This document shows, piece after piece, positions 8,243-17,660 of a stretch of DNA of 64,000 nt. Numbering within the stretch: position 1 is the first letter of the stretch; every line of letters starts with the position of its first letter. Origin of the DNA: a bacterium (lineage in GTDB: Archaea; Thermoplasmatota; E2; JACPAO01; JAHFTW01); assembly GCA_040390065.1 (NCBI GenBank), contig JAZJZE010000006.1, forward strand, positions 12,551 to 76,550. The letters are read 5' to 3'. The notes below the pieces were generated by a model. That model made no database searches and was not told where the DNA came from. It saw nothing but the letters and a program-made list of their open reading frames with translations. A program made the translations under genes and the position numbers.

Positions 8243-9900
8243 GCCTTGCGCCACCGCACGCCGGTCGGCGTGTCCTCCATCAGGTAGCCAGCCGCCTTGA
8301 CCGCATCACGGATGGCGTCCGAGCGCGGCCAGTCCTTGGCCGATCGAGCTTCGACGCGCGCATCGGCGATCAGGCGCTGCAACGTCGACTCGCTGGCGTC
8401 CCCTTCGATGCGCAGACCAAGCTTCGACGCGACGGCAAGCAGGGCCGTCGCCTCGCCCGGTGCCCGCAAGGGCTTGTCGAACAGTGTCAGGAATCGCCCG
8501 CACCGCTCGAAAGCCGCCAGGGCCTGCGCGGCGGCGCCGGAGCCGAGGGGCTTGTCCGGCCGTTGGCCGTCCAGGGCTGCGTTGGCCCAGCGCTGGAAGG
8601 CGTGCAAGGCCGCAATCGCGCCGGGCGTGTGGAAATCGTCGTCCATCGCGGCTTCGACGTCGCGTTCCAGAGCGGCGCAAGCGTCCCCCAGCGGCCCGTC
8701 GATGTCGGCGCAGCCAATCTTCGGTGTCGCGGCGGCCTCCGAGAGAAGCTGCCTGGTGCGCTCCAGCCGTTCGTGGGCGCGCATCGCTTCGGCGAGCCCC
8801 TTTCGCGAGAAGTCGATCTTGGAGCGGTAATGCGTCTGCAGGAAGTAGAGGCGCAGCGCCGCGGGGTCCGTACCGGCCCTGGAGAGTTCGTCCAGCAGGG
8901 ACTCGAGCGTGATGAAGTTCCCCAACGACTTGGACATCTTCTCGCCGTCGACGTTCAGGAACCCCGTGTGCATCCAGACATTGACGAAGGGGGCCTTGCC
9001 GGTCTTGGCTTGGCTCTGCGCGATCTCGTTCTCGTGGTGGGGGAAGATGAGGTCCTGGCCGCCGCCGTGGATGTCGATCTGGTCGCCCAGCGCCCGCGTC
9101 GCCATGAGGCTACACTCGATGTGCCAACCGGGGCGGCCCCGTCCCCAAGGCGACTCCCAGTTCGCATCCAGGTGGTCGCCGGCGTCGGCAGATTTCCACA
9201 ACGCGAAGTCTGCCGGGTGCCGCTTGTCGCCTTCCACGTCCTTGCGCGTGCCGGCCTCCATCTCGCGGTAATCGCGGTTCGACAACGAGCCGTAGCCGCA
9301 TGCCTTGAACGCGGCTTGCGCCGTGGCTTCGTAGGCCGGGACGTCGAAGTAGACGTTGCCTTCCGGCGTGGCGTACGCGGAGCCTTGCTTCACTATGGAT
9401 TGGATGAAGGCGATGATGTCGGGCACCGACGTCGTCACGTGCGGCGTCTCATGCGCTGGCCGGATGCCGAGCCGGACCATCTGGGCGGCGCAGCGCTCGC
9501 CCCATTCCTTGGCGTGCGCCCGGGGCGAGACTCCCCGCTCCTTAGCCCGCGTCAGGATCTTGTCTTCCACATCCGTCACGTTCTGCACGTGCCGCAGGCG
9601 CCCCGGGTAGCAGTGTTCGAGCCAGCGCCGGATGACCTCGAACGGCACGTACGTGCGGGCATGGCCGATGTGGACGTGGTCGTAGACGGTAAGGCCGCAG
9701 ACGTACATGCCAATGGGCCCCTCGGGGGACAGCGGGGCAAATGGCTCCTTGCGGCGGGTCCGGACGTTGAACACCTGCAGGCCCACGCCGGGCCCACGCC
9801 GGGGGGTGTCAAAGGATTGCTGGCTCCAACAGGCCCCGGGCGGCCATGGCGCGTTTGGCCGCCCCCGGCGATTCGGGCCCTTCCTATCCACAGCGGTCAT
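8239..9900 (-). CDS. cysS: Cysteine--tRNA ligase
   Basis: HIGH motif (VHIGHARTY) and KMSKS motif (GEKMSKSLGN). The N-terminal 38 aa look non-homologous. An alternative GTG start at 9786 gives MGLQVFNVRTRRKEPF, which resembles canonical CysRS N-termini. Confidence 0.9.
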   Translation of the reverse strand: MTAVDRKGPNRRGRPNAPWPPGACWSQQSFDTPRRGPGVGLQVFNVRTRRKEPFAPLSPEGPIGMYVCGLTVYDHVHIGHARTYVPFEVIRRWLEHCYPGRLRHVQNVTDVEDKILTRAKERGVSPRAHAKEWGERCAAQMVRLGIRPAHETPHVTTSVPDIIAFIQSIVKQGSAYATPEGNVYFDVPAYEATAQAAFKACGYGSLSNRDYREMEAGTRKDVEGDKRHPADFALWKSADAGDHLDANWESPWGRGRPGWHIECSLMATRALGDQIDIHGGGQDLIFPHHENEIAQSQAKTGKAPFVNVWMHTGFLNVDGEKMSKSLGNFITLESLLDELSRAGTDPAALRLYFLQTHYRSKIDFSRKGLAEAMRAHERLERTRQLLSEAAATPKIGCADIDGPLGDACAALERDVEAAMDDDFHTPGAIAALHAFQRWANAALDGQRPDKPLGSGAAAQALAAFERCGRFLTLFDKPLRAPGEATALLAVASKLGLRIEGDASESTLQRLIADARVEARSAKDWPRSDAIRDAVKAAGYLMEDTPTGVRWRKA

Positions 9901-9923
9901 GACCGGGACGTCGATGGTCGGGC

Positions 9924-11555
9924 ATGCGTGGAGTCCTGCGTTTCAGCAAGGTGGTCATGCTCCTCGGTGTGCTCGTTCTGGCGGGGGCCCAGGTTTCTCC
10001 GGGCGCCAAGGCGACATCAGGCACGCCCCCGGCCGGTCCCGGCCTGACCGGAGCCTGGGTCGGAAACTACCTGGGCCCGCCCAACCAGGACACGGGCCAC
10101 TACGCCTTCGCCGTCATCGGCAGCGGGACGGACGCCTACGTCTATCCGCACAGTGTGCTCGGCCTCATGGAAGACATCCACACGGAGCCGACGGGCCTCG
10201 CCTCTGCGGTCACCTACGGTGCAGCCGTTTCCCTGTTCGAATTCATCGGGCCCGCCACGGACGGCAAGTACCAAGCAGTCCCCGACGCGCACTGCGGCCA
10301 CCTGTCACACTGCATCTACCTCGTCGGAGGCGAGGACACGTCCGGGACGCGGGCAACTATCACGCGGCTCGACCTGGCAGCCGGCACGGCGACGACGGCC
10401 GCGACGATGCCCGTGGCGCGCAGCCATGCCGCCGCCGTGTGGATGAGTCCCTTCGTCTACATCTTCGGCGGCCAGGATGGTTCGGGGACGCCCCTGTCAT
10501 CTATCCTGCGCTTCGACCCCGCGTCCGGGACCGTGGCGACGGATCCGGCAGTCCTCCCGACGGCCACGACGGACCTGATGGCCATCGATTTCGGCGGCCG
10601 CATCCTCGTCATGGGCGGCCAAGACGCGAGCGGCACCCCAACCGACCACGTGTACTCCTTCGACCCGGGAGCCGATGCCTTGACGCCACGGCCTGCCCTC
10701 GCGTATGCGGTCGCATCCGCCGGCATCGCGAGCGACCGGGTCAACATCTTCGTCCTTGGTGGCGTCGCGGAAGACCGCATCCAGAAGTACGACCCGGTGA
10801 CGGGGACCGCGACCGCCATGGCCGTGACGATGGCGCACGAGCGGCAAGGCATGGCAGCGTGGTCGACCATCAACGGCCCCCACATGCTGAGCCCGACGTA
10901 TCCCATCACGCCAATCCTCGACTACGTCTACATCGGCATGGCAGGCGGACGCGACACGGCAACCGGCAACGACCTCGTCGGAATGTCCACCTATGCACCG
11001 CGCCCACCTGTGGCTCCGGTCACGGCGACGGTGCTGCCGGGTGGCCTCGTCACCGTGCAATGGACGGCGCCACCGGCGAACACGTACTCGCAACTCGTGG
11101 TGTACAACGTCTGGCGCGGCGACAGCCCCTGGGAATCCGATGCGATGGCGACGTGGCAGGTCGCGCCCACGATGACCACGTTCACGGATCACCCGCCCGC
11201 GGGCGGACCCTACCGGTACTGGGTGAGCGCACGCGACATTTCGGGGAATTCCAACCCGCAATCCGCCGTGGCCTCGACACCCGTCTGTCCGCCGCCGCAG
11301 CAAGGCACCCCTCCCGCTTGCGTCGGTGACGACCAGGATGGCGACGGCGTGTCCGATGCGGCGGACGACTGCCCGGCCGACGCAGACGCATCGCAATCGG
11401 ACAGCGATGGCGACGGTCTTGGCGACGCCTGCGACCCCGATGACGACGGCGACGGCGTCGACGACAGCCAGGAGCCGTTCATCTGCGCCAACGAGAATCC
11501 CTTCACCCCACTCGACGGCCATTGCGTGGGCAATGACTACTTCCCACCGCCATGA
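9924..11555 (+). CDS. Secreted Kelch-repeat + FN3 protein with C-terminal TSP type-3 cassette and CANENP tail
   Basis: Signal peptide MRGVLRFSKVVMLLGVLVLAGAQVSPGAKA. Kelch-like blades (IYLVGGED, VYIFGGQD, ILVMGGQD, IFVLGG). FN3-like segment. Asp-rich DxDxDGxxDxxDxCP repeats. Terminal EPFICANENPFTPLDGHCVGNDYFPPP. Confidence 0.85.
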   Translation: MRGVLRFSKVVMLLGVLVLAGAQVSPGAKATSGTPPAGPGLTGAWVGNYLGPPNQDTGHYAFAVIGSGTDAYVYPHSVLGLMEDIHTEPTGLASAVTYGAAVSLFEFIGPATDGKYQAVPDAHCGHLSHCIYLVGGEDTSGTRATITRLDLAAGTATTAATMPVARSHAAAVWMSPFVYIFGGQDGSGTPLSSILRFDPASGTVATDPAVLPTATTDLMAIDFGGRILVMGGQDASGTPTDHVYSFDPGADALTPRPALAYAVASAGIASDRVNIFVLGGVAEDRIQKYDPVTGTATAMAVTMAHERQGMAAWSTINGPHMLSPTYPITPILDYVYIGMAGGRDTATGNDLVGMSTYAPRPPVAPVTATVLPGGLVTVQWTAPPANTYSQLVVYNVWRGDSPWESDAMATWQVAPTMTTFTDHPPAGGPYRYWVSARDISGNSNPQSAVASTPVCPPPQQGTPPACVGDDQDGDGVSDAADDCPADADASQSDSDGDGLGDACDPDDDGDGVDDSQEPFICANENPFTPLDGHCVGNDYFPPP

Positions 11556-11660
11556 GGTGTCGGAGCGTTGCACGCGCAACCGGGCCCAACGTAGCCAGAA
11601 CCACTTAATGTCGCAACGCGATGGAAAGGGTTGGCTGAGGAGTCGGCCGGAGTGGTTGTC

Positions 11661-13304
11661 ATGCGTGCCCGCACTGCTAGCGCGATTCTCGTGATTGTAT
11701 TCGCCTTCATGCCCCTGGCGGCGCCCCACGCCCAAGCGGCGCCATGGGTGCAACTGAGCGAAGGCTGCCAGGCCGGAATCGACGGCGGTTCCGTGAGCGC
11801 GACACCGTTCAACGTCGTCTGGACCGACATGGCGGTCTGCGTCGATCCCGACCAACCCAGCGTCTGCGTGGACGGCGCCGCGACCGGAACGATTTCCTCC
11901 GGCATCCTGCTCAACGAGGCGACCGCCTACTCCGGATCGTGCACCGAAGGCTGCAGCCACATGCAGACCCAATCCGTCCTCAAGGTGCTCCTCGGATCCC
12001 TGGTGCAGGCGTTCGTCTCCGACCACACCGAGTGGAGCCAATGCCCAACGCCGGATGGAGGCACGTCGTGCCCGCCGCCATATGTGATCGTCACGCCGGT
12101 GGGGACTTTCGACAATCCGTACACGTGTGCCGTGTCCGGCTGCGGCGGCGGACCGCCAAGCATCGAGCTGTGGGGAACGCCCCTGGTGTGCTGGCCGCCC
12201 GGGTTCGATTACTGCCCTGATGGCCTCGGCGCCGTGACGCCGGCCGGTCCCCTGTGCATGGAACTCGACTTCTGTCCGCCTCCTGACCAGGGCGTCGTCA
12301 TTGATTCCGTCATGCTCTGCCTGCCGCCCTGCCCGCCCGGCGACATCGGTCCGGGGTCACCGGCCTGCGTTCCGCCGCCGGTTCCGTGCACGTTGCCGGA
12401 GCTCGGATTGGAGCCTGATTGCATCGTCCCGTGCACGCCGCCGGACTTGGGCTACAAGCCGGCTTGCGTGCCGGGGCCCGTGCCATGCACCTTCCCTGAA
12501 TTGGGTCTCGAACCAGATTGCATCATCCCATGCACGGCCCCGGACGTCGGCTACGAGCCGAATTGCCTCGCGCCGCCCGTTCCGTGTACGCCGCCCGCGA
12601 TTGGCCTGGAGCCGGATTGCCCGGTTCCGTGCACGCCGCCGGACGTGGGCTTCGAGCCCGACTGTGCGGGGCCGCCCACGCCGTGCACGCTCCCCGAGGT
12701 CGGCATCGAGCCGGACTGCCTGGTGCCTTGTGCGGCGCCGGACGTCGGCTACGAACCGAACTGTGTCACGCCGCCGGTTCCGTGCACGCCGCCTGCCATC
12801 GGCCTCGAACCTGACTGCCTGGTTCCGTGTACGCCGCCGGACGTCGGCTTCGAGCCTGATTGCGGCCTGACCCCCGTACCGTGCACATTCCCGGAGATTG
12901 GCATTGAGCCGGATTGCATGGTGCCTTGTGCGGCGCCGGACGTCGGCTACGAGCCGAATTGTGTGACGCCGCCGGTTCCGTGCACGCCGCCTGCCGTCGG
13001 CCTCGAACCTGACTGCCTGGTTCCGTGCACGCCGCCGGACGTTGGCTTCCAGCCGGACTGCCAGCCAGCGGACGACGATGCGGACGATGACGGCGTCTCC
13101 GATGCTGTGGACAATTGTCCGGGCGTCCCGAACGGTGACCAAGCCGACCAAGACGGCGACGGCGTCGGCGATGCCTGCGACCCTGACGATGACGGCGACG
13201 GCATCCCGGACGACTTGGAGCCTACGCTATGCGCCAACGAGAACCCCCTGACCCCGCTCGACGGCACCTGCGTCGGCGACGACTATACGCCGCCGCACCC
13301 ATAG
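11661..13304 (+). CDS. Secreted Cys-rich repeat protein with C-terminal TSP type-3 cassette and CANENP tail
   Basis: Signal peptide [26 protein letters not shown]. Cys-rich N-domain, then seven 33-aa repeats, then the TSP3 cassette. Terminal [28 protein letters not shown]. The ORF track starts at a TTG (11631); the ATG at 11661 follows a GGAGTGG SD-like element. Confidence 0.85.
   Translation: MRARTASAILVIVFAFMPLAAPHAQAAPWVQLSEGCQAGIDGGSVSATPFNVVWTDMAVCVDPDQPSVCVDGAATGTISSGILLNEATAYSGSCTEGCSHMQTQSVLKVLLGSLVQAFVSDHTEWSQCPTPDGGTSCPPPYVIVTPVGTFDNPYTCAVSGCGGGPPSIELWGTPLVCWPPGFDYCPDGLGAVTPAGPLCMELDFCPPPDQGVVIDSVMLCLPPCPPGDIGPGSPACVPPPVPCTLPELGLEPDCIVPCTPPDLGYKPACVPGPVPCTFPELGLEPDCIIPCTAPDVGYEPNCLAPPVPCTPPAIGLEPDCPVPCTPPDVGFEPDCAGPPTPCTLPEVGIEPDCLVPCAAPDVGYEPNCVTPPVPCTPPAIGLEPDCLVPCTPPDVGFEPDCGLTPVPCTFPEIGIEPDCMVPCAAPDVGYEPNCVTPPVPCTPPAVGLEPDCLVPCTPPDVGFQPDCQPADDDADDDGVSDAVDNCPGVPNGDQADQDGDGVGDACDPDDDGDGIPDDLEPTLCANENPLTPLDGTCVGDDYTPPHP
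12369..13061 (+). repeat. In-frame tandem array of 7 x 99 nt (33-aa unit with 4 Cys)
   Basis: Units such as [33 protein letters not shown]. Each unit is two half-repeats of the form VPC-T-x-P-x-x-G-x-E-P-D-C. The nucleotide copies are clearly related but diverged. Confidence 0.9.
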
Positions 13305-13500
13305 TCGTTGGACGACACGATCGATATCTCGGGCACCCAGCTGGAAGGCCTCATGCGGCCCGCCCGTGCGGACGCTTCTCTGCGCGCGCATCCGCGCCGG
13401 CACTCCGATCCACGCGCAATCGGGCCCGAACTAGCCAGCACCACTTAATCCCCCAACGCAATGCGAAGAGTCGGCCGAGAGTTCGGCCTGGGTGGTTGGA

Positions 13501-15270
13501 ATGACTCGAAGGATGTCCACTGTCGCTACGCTGTTGCTGTTTGCATTCATGTCCATGGTCGTGCCTGCGGCGCATGCTTCGCCGCCACCGCCGTACGTGC
13601 AGTTGAGCCAAGACTGCCAAGTCGGTGTGCCAGGTGCCAGCGGAACCCTTGGCCCGGCGTCGTATGGCATCACCGACCAGCAGGTCTGCATCGACCCGGA
13701 CCACCCGCACGTCTGCATCGACGGCGCGACGGCCGTGAAGGTGGTCACCTCCGTGGCCACCGCGAACGCAAAGACCGCCGGATCGTGCACGGAGGACTGC
13801 ACCAACAACGTGGTCAACGCGGGAGGCAGCGTCAATGCGCTGCCCGTCATCGTCGGCTCCATTTCGGATGGTGGCGGCTTCCACCAGTGTCCGACACCGG
13901 ATGGGGGCGTCCGCTGCTTCCCCACCTTCCACTTCGACACAATCGTAGGTCCCGTCGACGACTCCATCTTCACGTGCTCGACGGTCGCGGCCTGCGCGGT
14001 CGGGACGGTCGAGGTCGCCCGCATCGAGGGCATCCCGATCTGCATCCAGCCCGGGACGTTGGACCCATGCCCTGGCGGCGACCTCGGCGTCGTCGTGCTC
14101 GGCAACCCGGTCTGCCATGAGGTCGACTTCTGTCCGCCGCCCGACCAGGGCGTCGTCATCGATTCCATCGTGACGTGCCTGCCGCCGTGCCCGCCCGGCG
14201 ACACCGGCCCCGGCGTGCCTCTGTGTGTCCCGGGCTCGTGCAGTTCCGTGTCACTCCTCCTCTACCTGCTCAACGCGGACTGGCTGCACGACGGCTTCCA
14301 GCCGAGCAACTGCGTCCCGCCGAACCCGGGTGCGTGCTCGGTCGACCCGTTCCTCGACGCCCTGTGCGTGTGCCTTGGCTTCGGCAGCATCAATGACTTC
14401 CTCGGGTCGCCCCACACGATTCCGTGGCCGGCGGACTGCGTCGTGCAGCCTTGCACGGCCCCTGCGATGGGACTCGAGCCCGTCTGCGTGACGCCCTGTA
14501 CTTTGCCGGACGTCGGGTTCGAGCCGAACTGCGTGACGCCCCCGGTCCCCTGCACCCCACCGACCGTCGGCTTTGAGCCGGACTGCATGGTTCCGTGCAC
14601 GCCGCCGGATGTCGGCTTCGAACCCGACTGCAACACCACGCCGACGCCCTGCACACCCCCAGAACTTGGCATCGAGCCGAATTGCATCGTAACCTGCACG
14701 GCCCCGGACGTCGGCTACGAGCCGAACTGCGTCACGCCGCCGGTTCCATGCGCCCCGCCTGCCATCGGTCTCGAACCGGACTGCATCGTTCCGTGTACCG
14801 CGCCGGACGTCGGCTACGAGCCGAACTGCGTGACCCCGCCGGTCCCGTGCACTCCCCCAGCGATTGGCCTGGAACCGGATTGCATGGTGCCGTGCACGCC
14901 GCCCGACGTCGGATTCGAGCCGGATTGTGGTACGACGCCCGTCCCGTGCACTCCCCCGGCCATCGGCCTCGAGCCTGACTGCATGGTTCCGTGCACCCCG
15001 CCGGACGTCGGCTTCCAGCCGGACTGCCAACCCGTCGACGACGATGCGGATGACGATGGCGTCTCCGACCCGGTGGACAATTGCCCCGGCATCCCGAACG
15101 GCGACCAAGCCGACCAGGACGGCGACGGCGTCGGCGACGCCTGTGACCCTGACGATGACGGCGACGGCGTCCCCGACGACTTGGAGCCGACCGTCTGCGC
15201 CAACGAGAATCCACTGACGCCACTAGACGGCACGTGCGTCGGCGACGACTACACGCCGCCGCACCCGTAG
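13501..15270 (+). CDS. Secreted Cys-rich repeat protein, paralog of 11661..13304, with the same C-terminal cassette
   Basis: Signal peptide [27 protein letters not shown]-domain alignable to its neighbour ([11 protein letters not shown]... versus [11 protein letters not shown]...). About six 33-aa repeats. Terminal [28 protein letters not shown]. Confidence 0.85.
   Translation: MTRRMSTVATLLLFAFMSMVVPAAHASPPPPYVQLSQDCQVGVPGASGTLGPASYGITDQQVCIDPDHPHVCIDGATAVKVVTSVATANAKTAGSCTEDCTNNVVNAGGSVNALPVIVGSISDGGGFHQCPTPDGGVRCFPTFHFDTIVGPVDDSIFTCSTVAACAVGTVEVARIEGIPICIQPGTLDPCPGGDLGVVVLGNPVCHEVDFCPPPDQGVVIDSIVTCLPPCPPGDTGPGVPLCVPGSCSSVSLLLYLLNADWLHDGFQPSNCVPPNPGACSVDPFLDALCVCLGFGSINDFLGSPHTIPWPADCVVQPCTAPAMGLEPVCVTPCTLPDVGFEPNCVTPPVPCTPPTVGFEPDCMVPCTPPDVGFEPDCNTTPTPCTPPELGIEPNCIVTCTAPDVGYEPNCVTPPVPCAPPAIGLEPDCIVPCTAPDVGYEPNCVTPPVPCTPPAIGLEPDCMVPCTPPDVGFEPDCGTTPVPCTPPAIGLEPDCMVPCTPPDVGFQPDCQPVDDDADDDGVSDPVDNCPGIPNGDQADQDGDGVGDACDPDDDGDGVPDDLEPTVCANENPLTPLDGTCVGDDYTPPHP
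14440..15027 (+). repeat. In-frame tandem array of about 6 x 99 nt, same 33-aa Cys-rich unit
   Basis: Units [33 protein letters not shown] and similar. The first unit is shorter and more diverged. Confidence 0.9.
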
Positions 15271-15281
15271 GGCGTGATTCA

Positions 15282-17624
15282 ATGACGCCAAGGAACATCT
15301 CCGTCCGCGCCGCGGGTGCGCTCTCGCCAGGTACCTCTGGCCGACCCCGGACGCGCCGCAATCTGCTGTACTGCCTCGCGCTGGCCGCCCTCGTGGCCCT
15401 TCTGGTCCCCGGAGCGAAGGCCGGCCCGGTCCACGCCACCGCAATTTCCGCCGGCGGCGCGCACGACTGCGTCCTTACCAACGAAGCCAACGTCGACTGT
15501 CGAGGCCTCAACAACCACGGTCAGGCCGCAGACTACACTGGGGGTCACGCCGTCGAGGTGGCCGCAGGCTACGTCCACACGTGCATCCGCACCGATGATG
15601 GGGACGTGGACTGTTGGGGCGACAACGGATACGGCGAGGCCGCCGACTACACGGGCGGCGATGCCATCGGCGTCGGCGCCGGCGTGCACCACTCGTGCGT
15701 CCTGCAGTCCTCGGGAAACGTCGACTGCTACGGGGAGTCAGCCTTCGGCATCAGCGACGACTACACGGGCGGCGACGCCGTGCAACTCGACGTCCATCTT
15801 TGGCAGAACTGCATCCTCAAGACGAGCGGCGACGCGCATTGTTGGGGATCCTCGCCGAACGATTACACCCTCGGCGATGCCGTCGCGGTCGGCGCAGGCA
15901 ACGGCCTGATGTGCGTGGTCACGACCGGCGGCAGCGTCGAGTGTGATGGCGATAACACGTACGGGCAGGCCATCGACTACGCCGGCGGCGACGCCATCCA
16001 AGCTTCGCCCTCGAACGGCTTCACGTGCATCCTCAAGAGCGACGGCAACGTCGATTGCACAGGGTACAACGATTACGGCGAGGCAAACGACTACGCGGGC
16101 GGCGACGTCTTGCAGGTCGCCACCGGCCCATACCACCAGTGTCTGCTCCTGGAGTCGGGAAGCGTCGACTGCACCGGCAGCGATTACACCACCGACTGGT
16201 TCGCCGATAGCGACGGCGACGGCGTGCTCGACAACGTCGACAACTGCCCTGCCGACGCCAACGCGGGCCAGGCCGACGCCGACAGTGACGGCATCGGCGA
16301 CGCGTGCGACCTCGACAACGACAACGATGGCGTTCCCGATACCACGGACAACTGTCCAAGCGATGCCAACGCCAGCCAGGCCGACAATGATGCAGACGGT
16401 GACGGAGACGTGTGCGACAGCGACGACGACAACGATTCGGTTCCTGACGCGTCCGACAACTGCGTCTTTTTGGCCAACATCGCGCAGGATGACAATGACG
16501 CCGATGGCTCGGGTGATGCTTGCGATTTCGACGACGACAATGACACAGTCGCGGATGGCGCGGACAACTGTGCGTTCATGGCCAACACCGACCAGGCCGA
16601 CAACGATGCAGACGGTGCCGGGGATGCTTGCGACAGCGACGATGACGACGACACGATCGCCGACACGGCAGACAATTGTCCCTTCGCAGCCAACACCGCG
16701 CAGGCCAACAACGACGGCGACGCCATGGGCGACGCATGCGATCCGGACGATGACAACGACGGTGTTGCCGACGGCACGGACAATTGCCTCTTCACGGCCA
16801 ATGCGGGCCAGGCCGACAACGACGCCGACGGTTCGGGAGATGCCTGCGACGCTGATGACGATAACGACGGCGTTGCGGATGGCACCGACAATTGCCCATT
16901 CATCGCCAATGCCGGCCAGGCGAACAACGATGGCGACGCGACGGGCGACGCATGCGACCCGGACGATGACAACGACGGCGAGGCGGACGCAGCGGACAAC
17001 TGTGTCTTCACGGCGAACCCCGGCCAGGCGGACGTCGACGGCGATGGCATCGGGGATGCCTGCGACGACTCCGACGGCGACAGTGTGATGGACGACACGG
17101 ACAATTGCCGCACGACGCCAAACGCCGGGCAAGGCGACAACGATGCGGACGGCCAAGGCGATGTCTGCGACACGGACGACGACAACGATAGCGTGCCGGA
17201 CTCCGTCGACAACTGCGACCTGGACGCCAACCCCGGCCAGACGGACCTCGATGCCGACGGCCAAGGCGACGCATGCGATGCCGACGACGATAACGACGGC
17301 ATCGCGGACGGAGCCGACAACTGCCCGACCATCGCCAACGCGAGCCAAAGTGACGCCGACGGCGACGGGCAAGGGGATGCCTGCGACCCCGTCAACGACG
17401 ATGCAGATGGTGACGGCGTCCCCAACACCACCGACAACTGTCCCGTCGATCCCAACGGCGGTCAAGGCGACCAGGACGCAGACGGCAGCGGCGACGTGTG
17501 CGATCCCGACGATGACGGTGACGGCGTCGCGGACAGCCAGGAACCCTTCCTCTGCGCCAATGAGAACCCCTTGACCCCCTTGGACGGCCATTGCGTCGGG
17601 AGCGACTACTACCCGCCGCCGTGA
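15282..17624 (+). CDS. Secreted RCC1-like seven-blade propeller fused to 12 TSP type-3 repeats and the CANENP tail
   Basis: N-terminus RPRTRRNLLYCLALAALVALLV (possible Tat-like RR signal). Seven repeats of the type HTCxxxxxGxVDCWGxNxYG. Twelve D-rich units each containing DNC. Terminal [30 protein letters not shown] lies 11 nt after the previous stop, with GTGAT SD-like element. Confidence 0.85.
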   Translation: MTPRNISVRAAGALSPGTSGRPRTRRNLLYCLALAALVALLVPGAKAGPVHATAISAGGAHDCVLTNEANVDCRGLNNHGQAADYTGGHAVEVAAGYVHTCIRTDDGDVDCWGDNGYGEAADYTGGDAIGVGAGVHHSCVLQSSGNVDCYGESAFGISDDYTGGDAVQLDVHLWQNCILKTSGDAHCWGSSPNDYTLGDAVAVGAGNGLMCVVTTGGSVECDGDNTYGQAIDYAGGDAIQASPSNGFTCILKSDGNVDCTGYNDYGEANDYAGGDVLQVATGPYHQCLLLESGSVDCTGSDYTTDWFADSDGDGVLDNVDNCPADANAGQADADSDGIGDACDLDNDNDGVPDTTDNCPSDANASQADNDADGDGDVCDSDDDNDSVPDASDNCVFLANIAQDDNDADGSGDACDFDDDNDTVADGADNCAFMANTDQADNDADGAGDACDSDDDDDTIADTADNCPFAANTAQANNDGDAMGDACDPDDDNDGVADGTDNCLFTANAGQADNDADGSGDACDADDDNDGVADGTDNCPFIANAGQANNDGDATGDACDPDDDNDGEADAADNCVFTANPGQADVDGDGIGDACDDSDGDSVMDDTDNCRTTPNAGQGDNDADGQGDVCDTDDDNDSVPDSVDNCDLDANPGQTDLDADGQGDACDADDDNDGIADGADNCPTIANASQSDADGDGQGDACDPVNDDADGDGVPNTTDNCPVDPNGGQGDQDADGSGDVCDPDDDGDGVADSQEPFLCANENPLTPLDGHCVGSDYYPPP
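16206..17535 (+). repeat. Array of 12 thrombospondin type-3-like repeats (about 36 aa each)
   Basis: Recurrent DxDxDGxxDxxDNCxxxANxxQxDxDxDGxGDxCD. Twelve DNC occurrences counted in the translation. Confidence 0.85.
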
Positions 17625-17660
17625 CCCAATCCACCCCCCTTCTCCCCTTGACCCAGAACC

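Noticed and set aside
12369-15027. Regular 99-nt repeats that could superficially resemble a CRISPR or other non-coding array
   Set aside because: The repeats are contiguous with no unique spacers. They stay in frame inside long ORFs with signal peptides and conserved tails, and they encode a coherent Cys/Pro-rich peptide unit.
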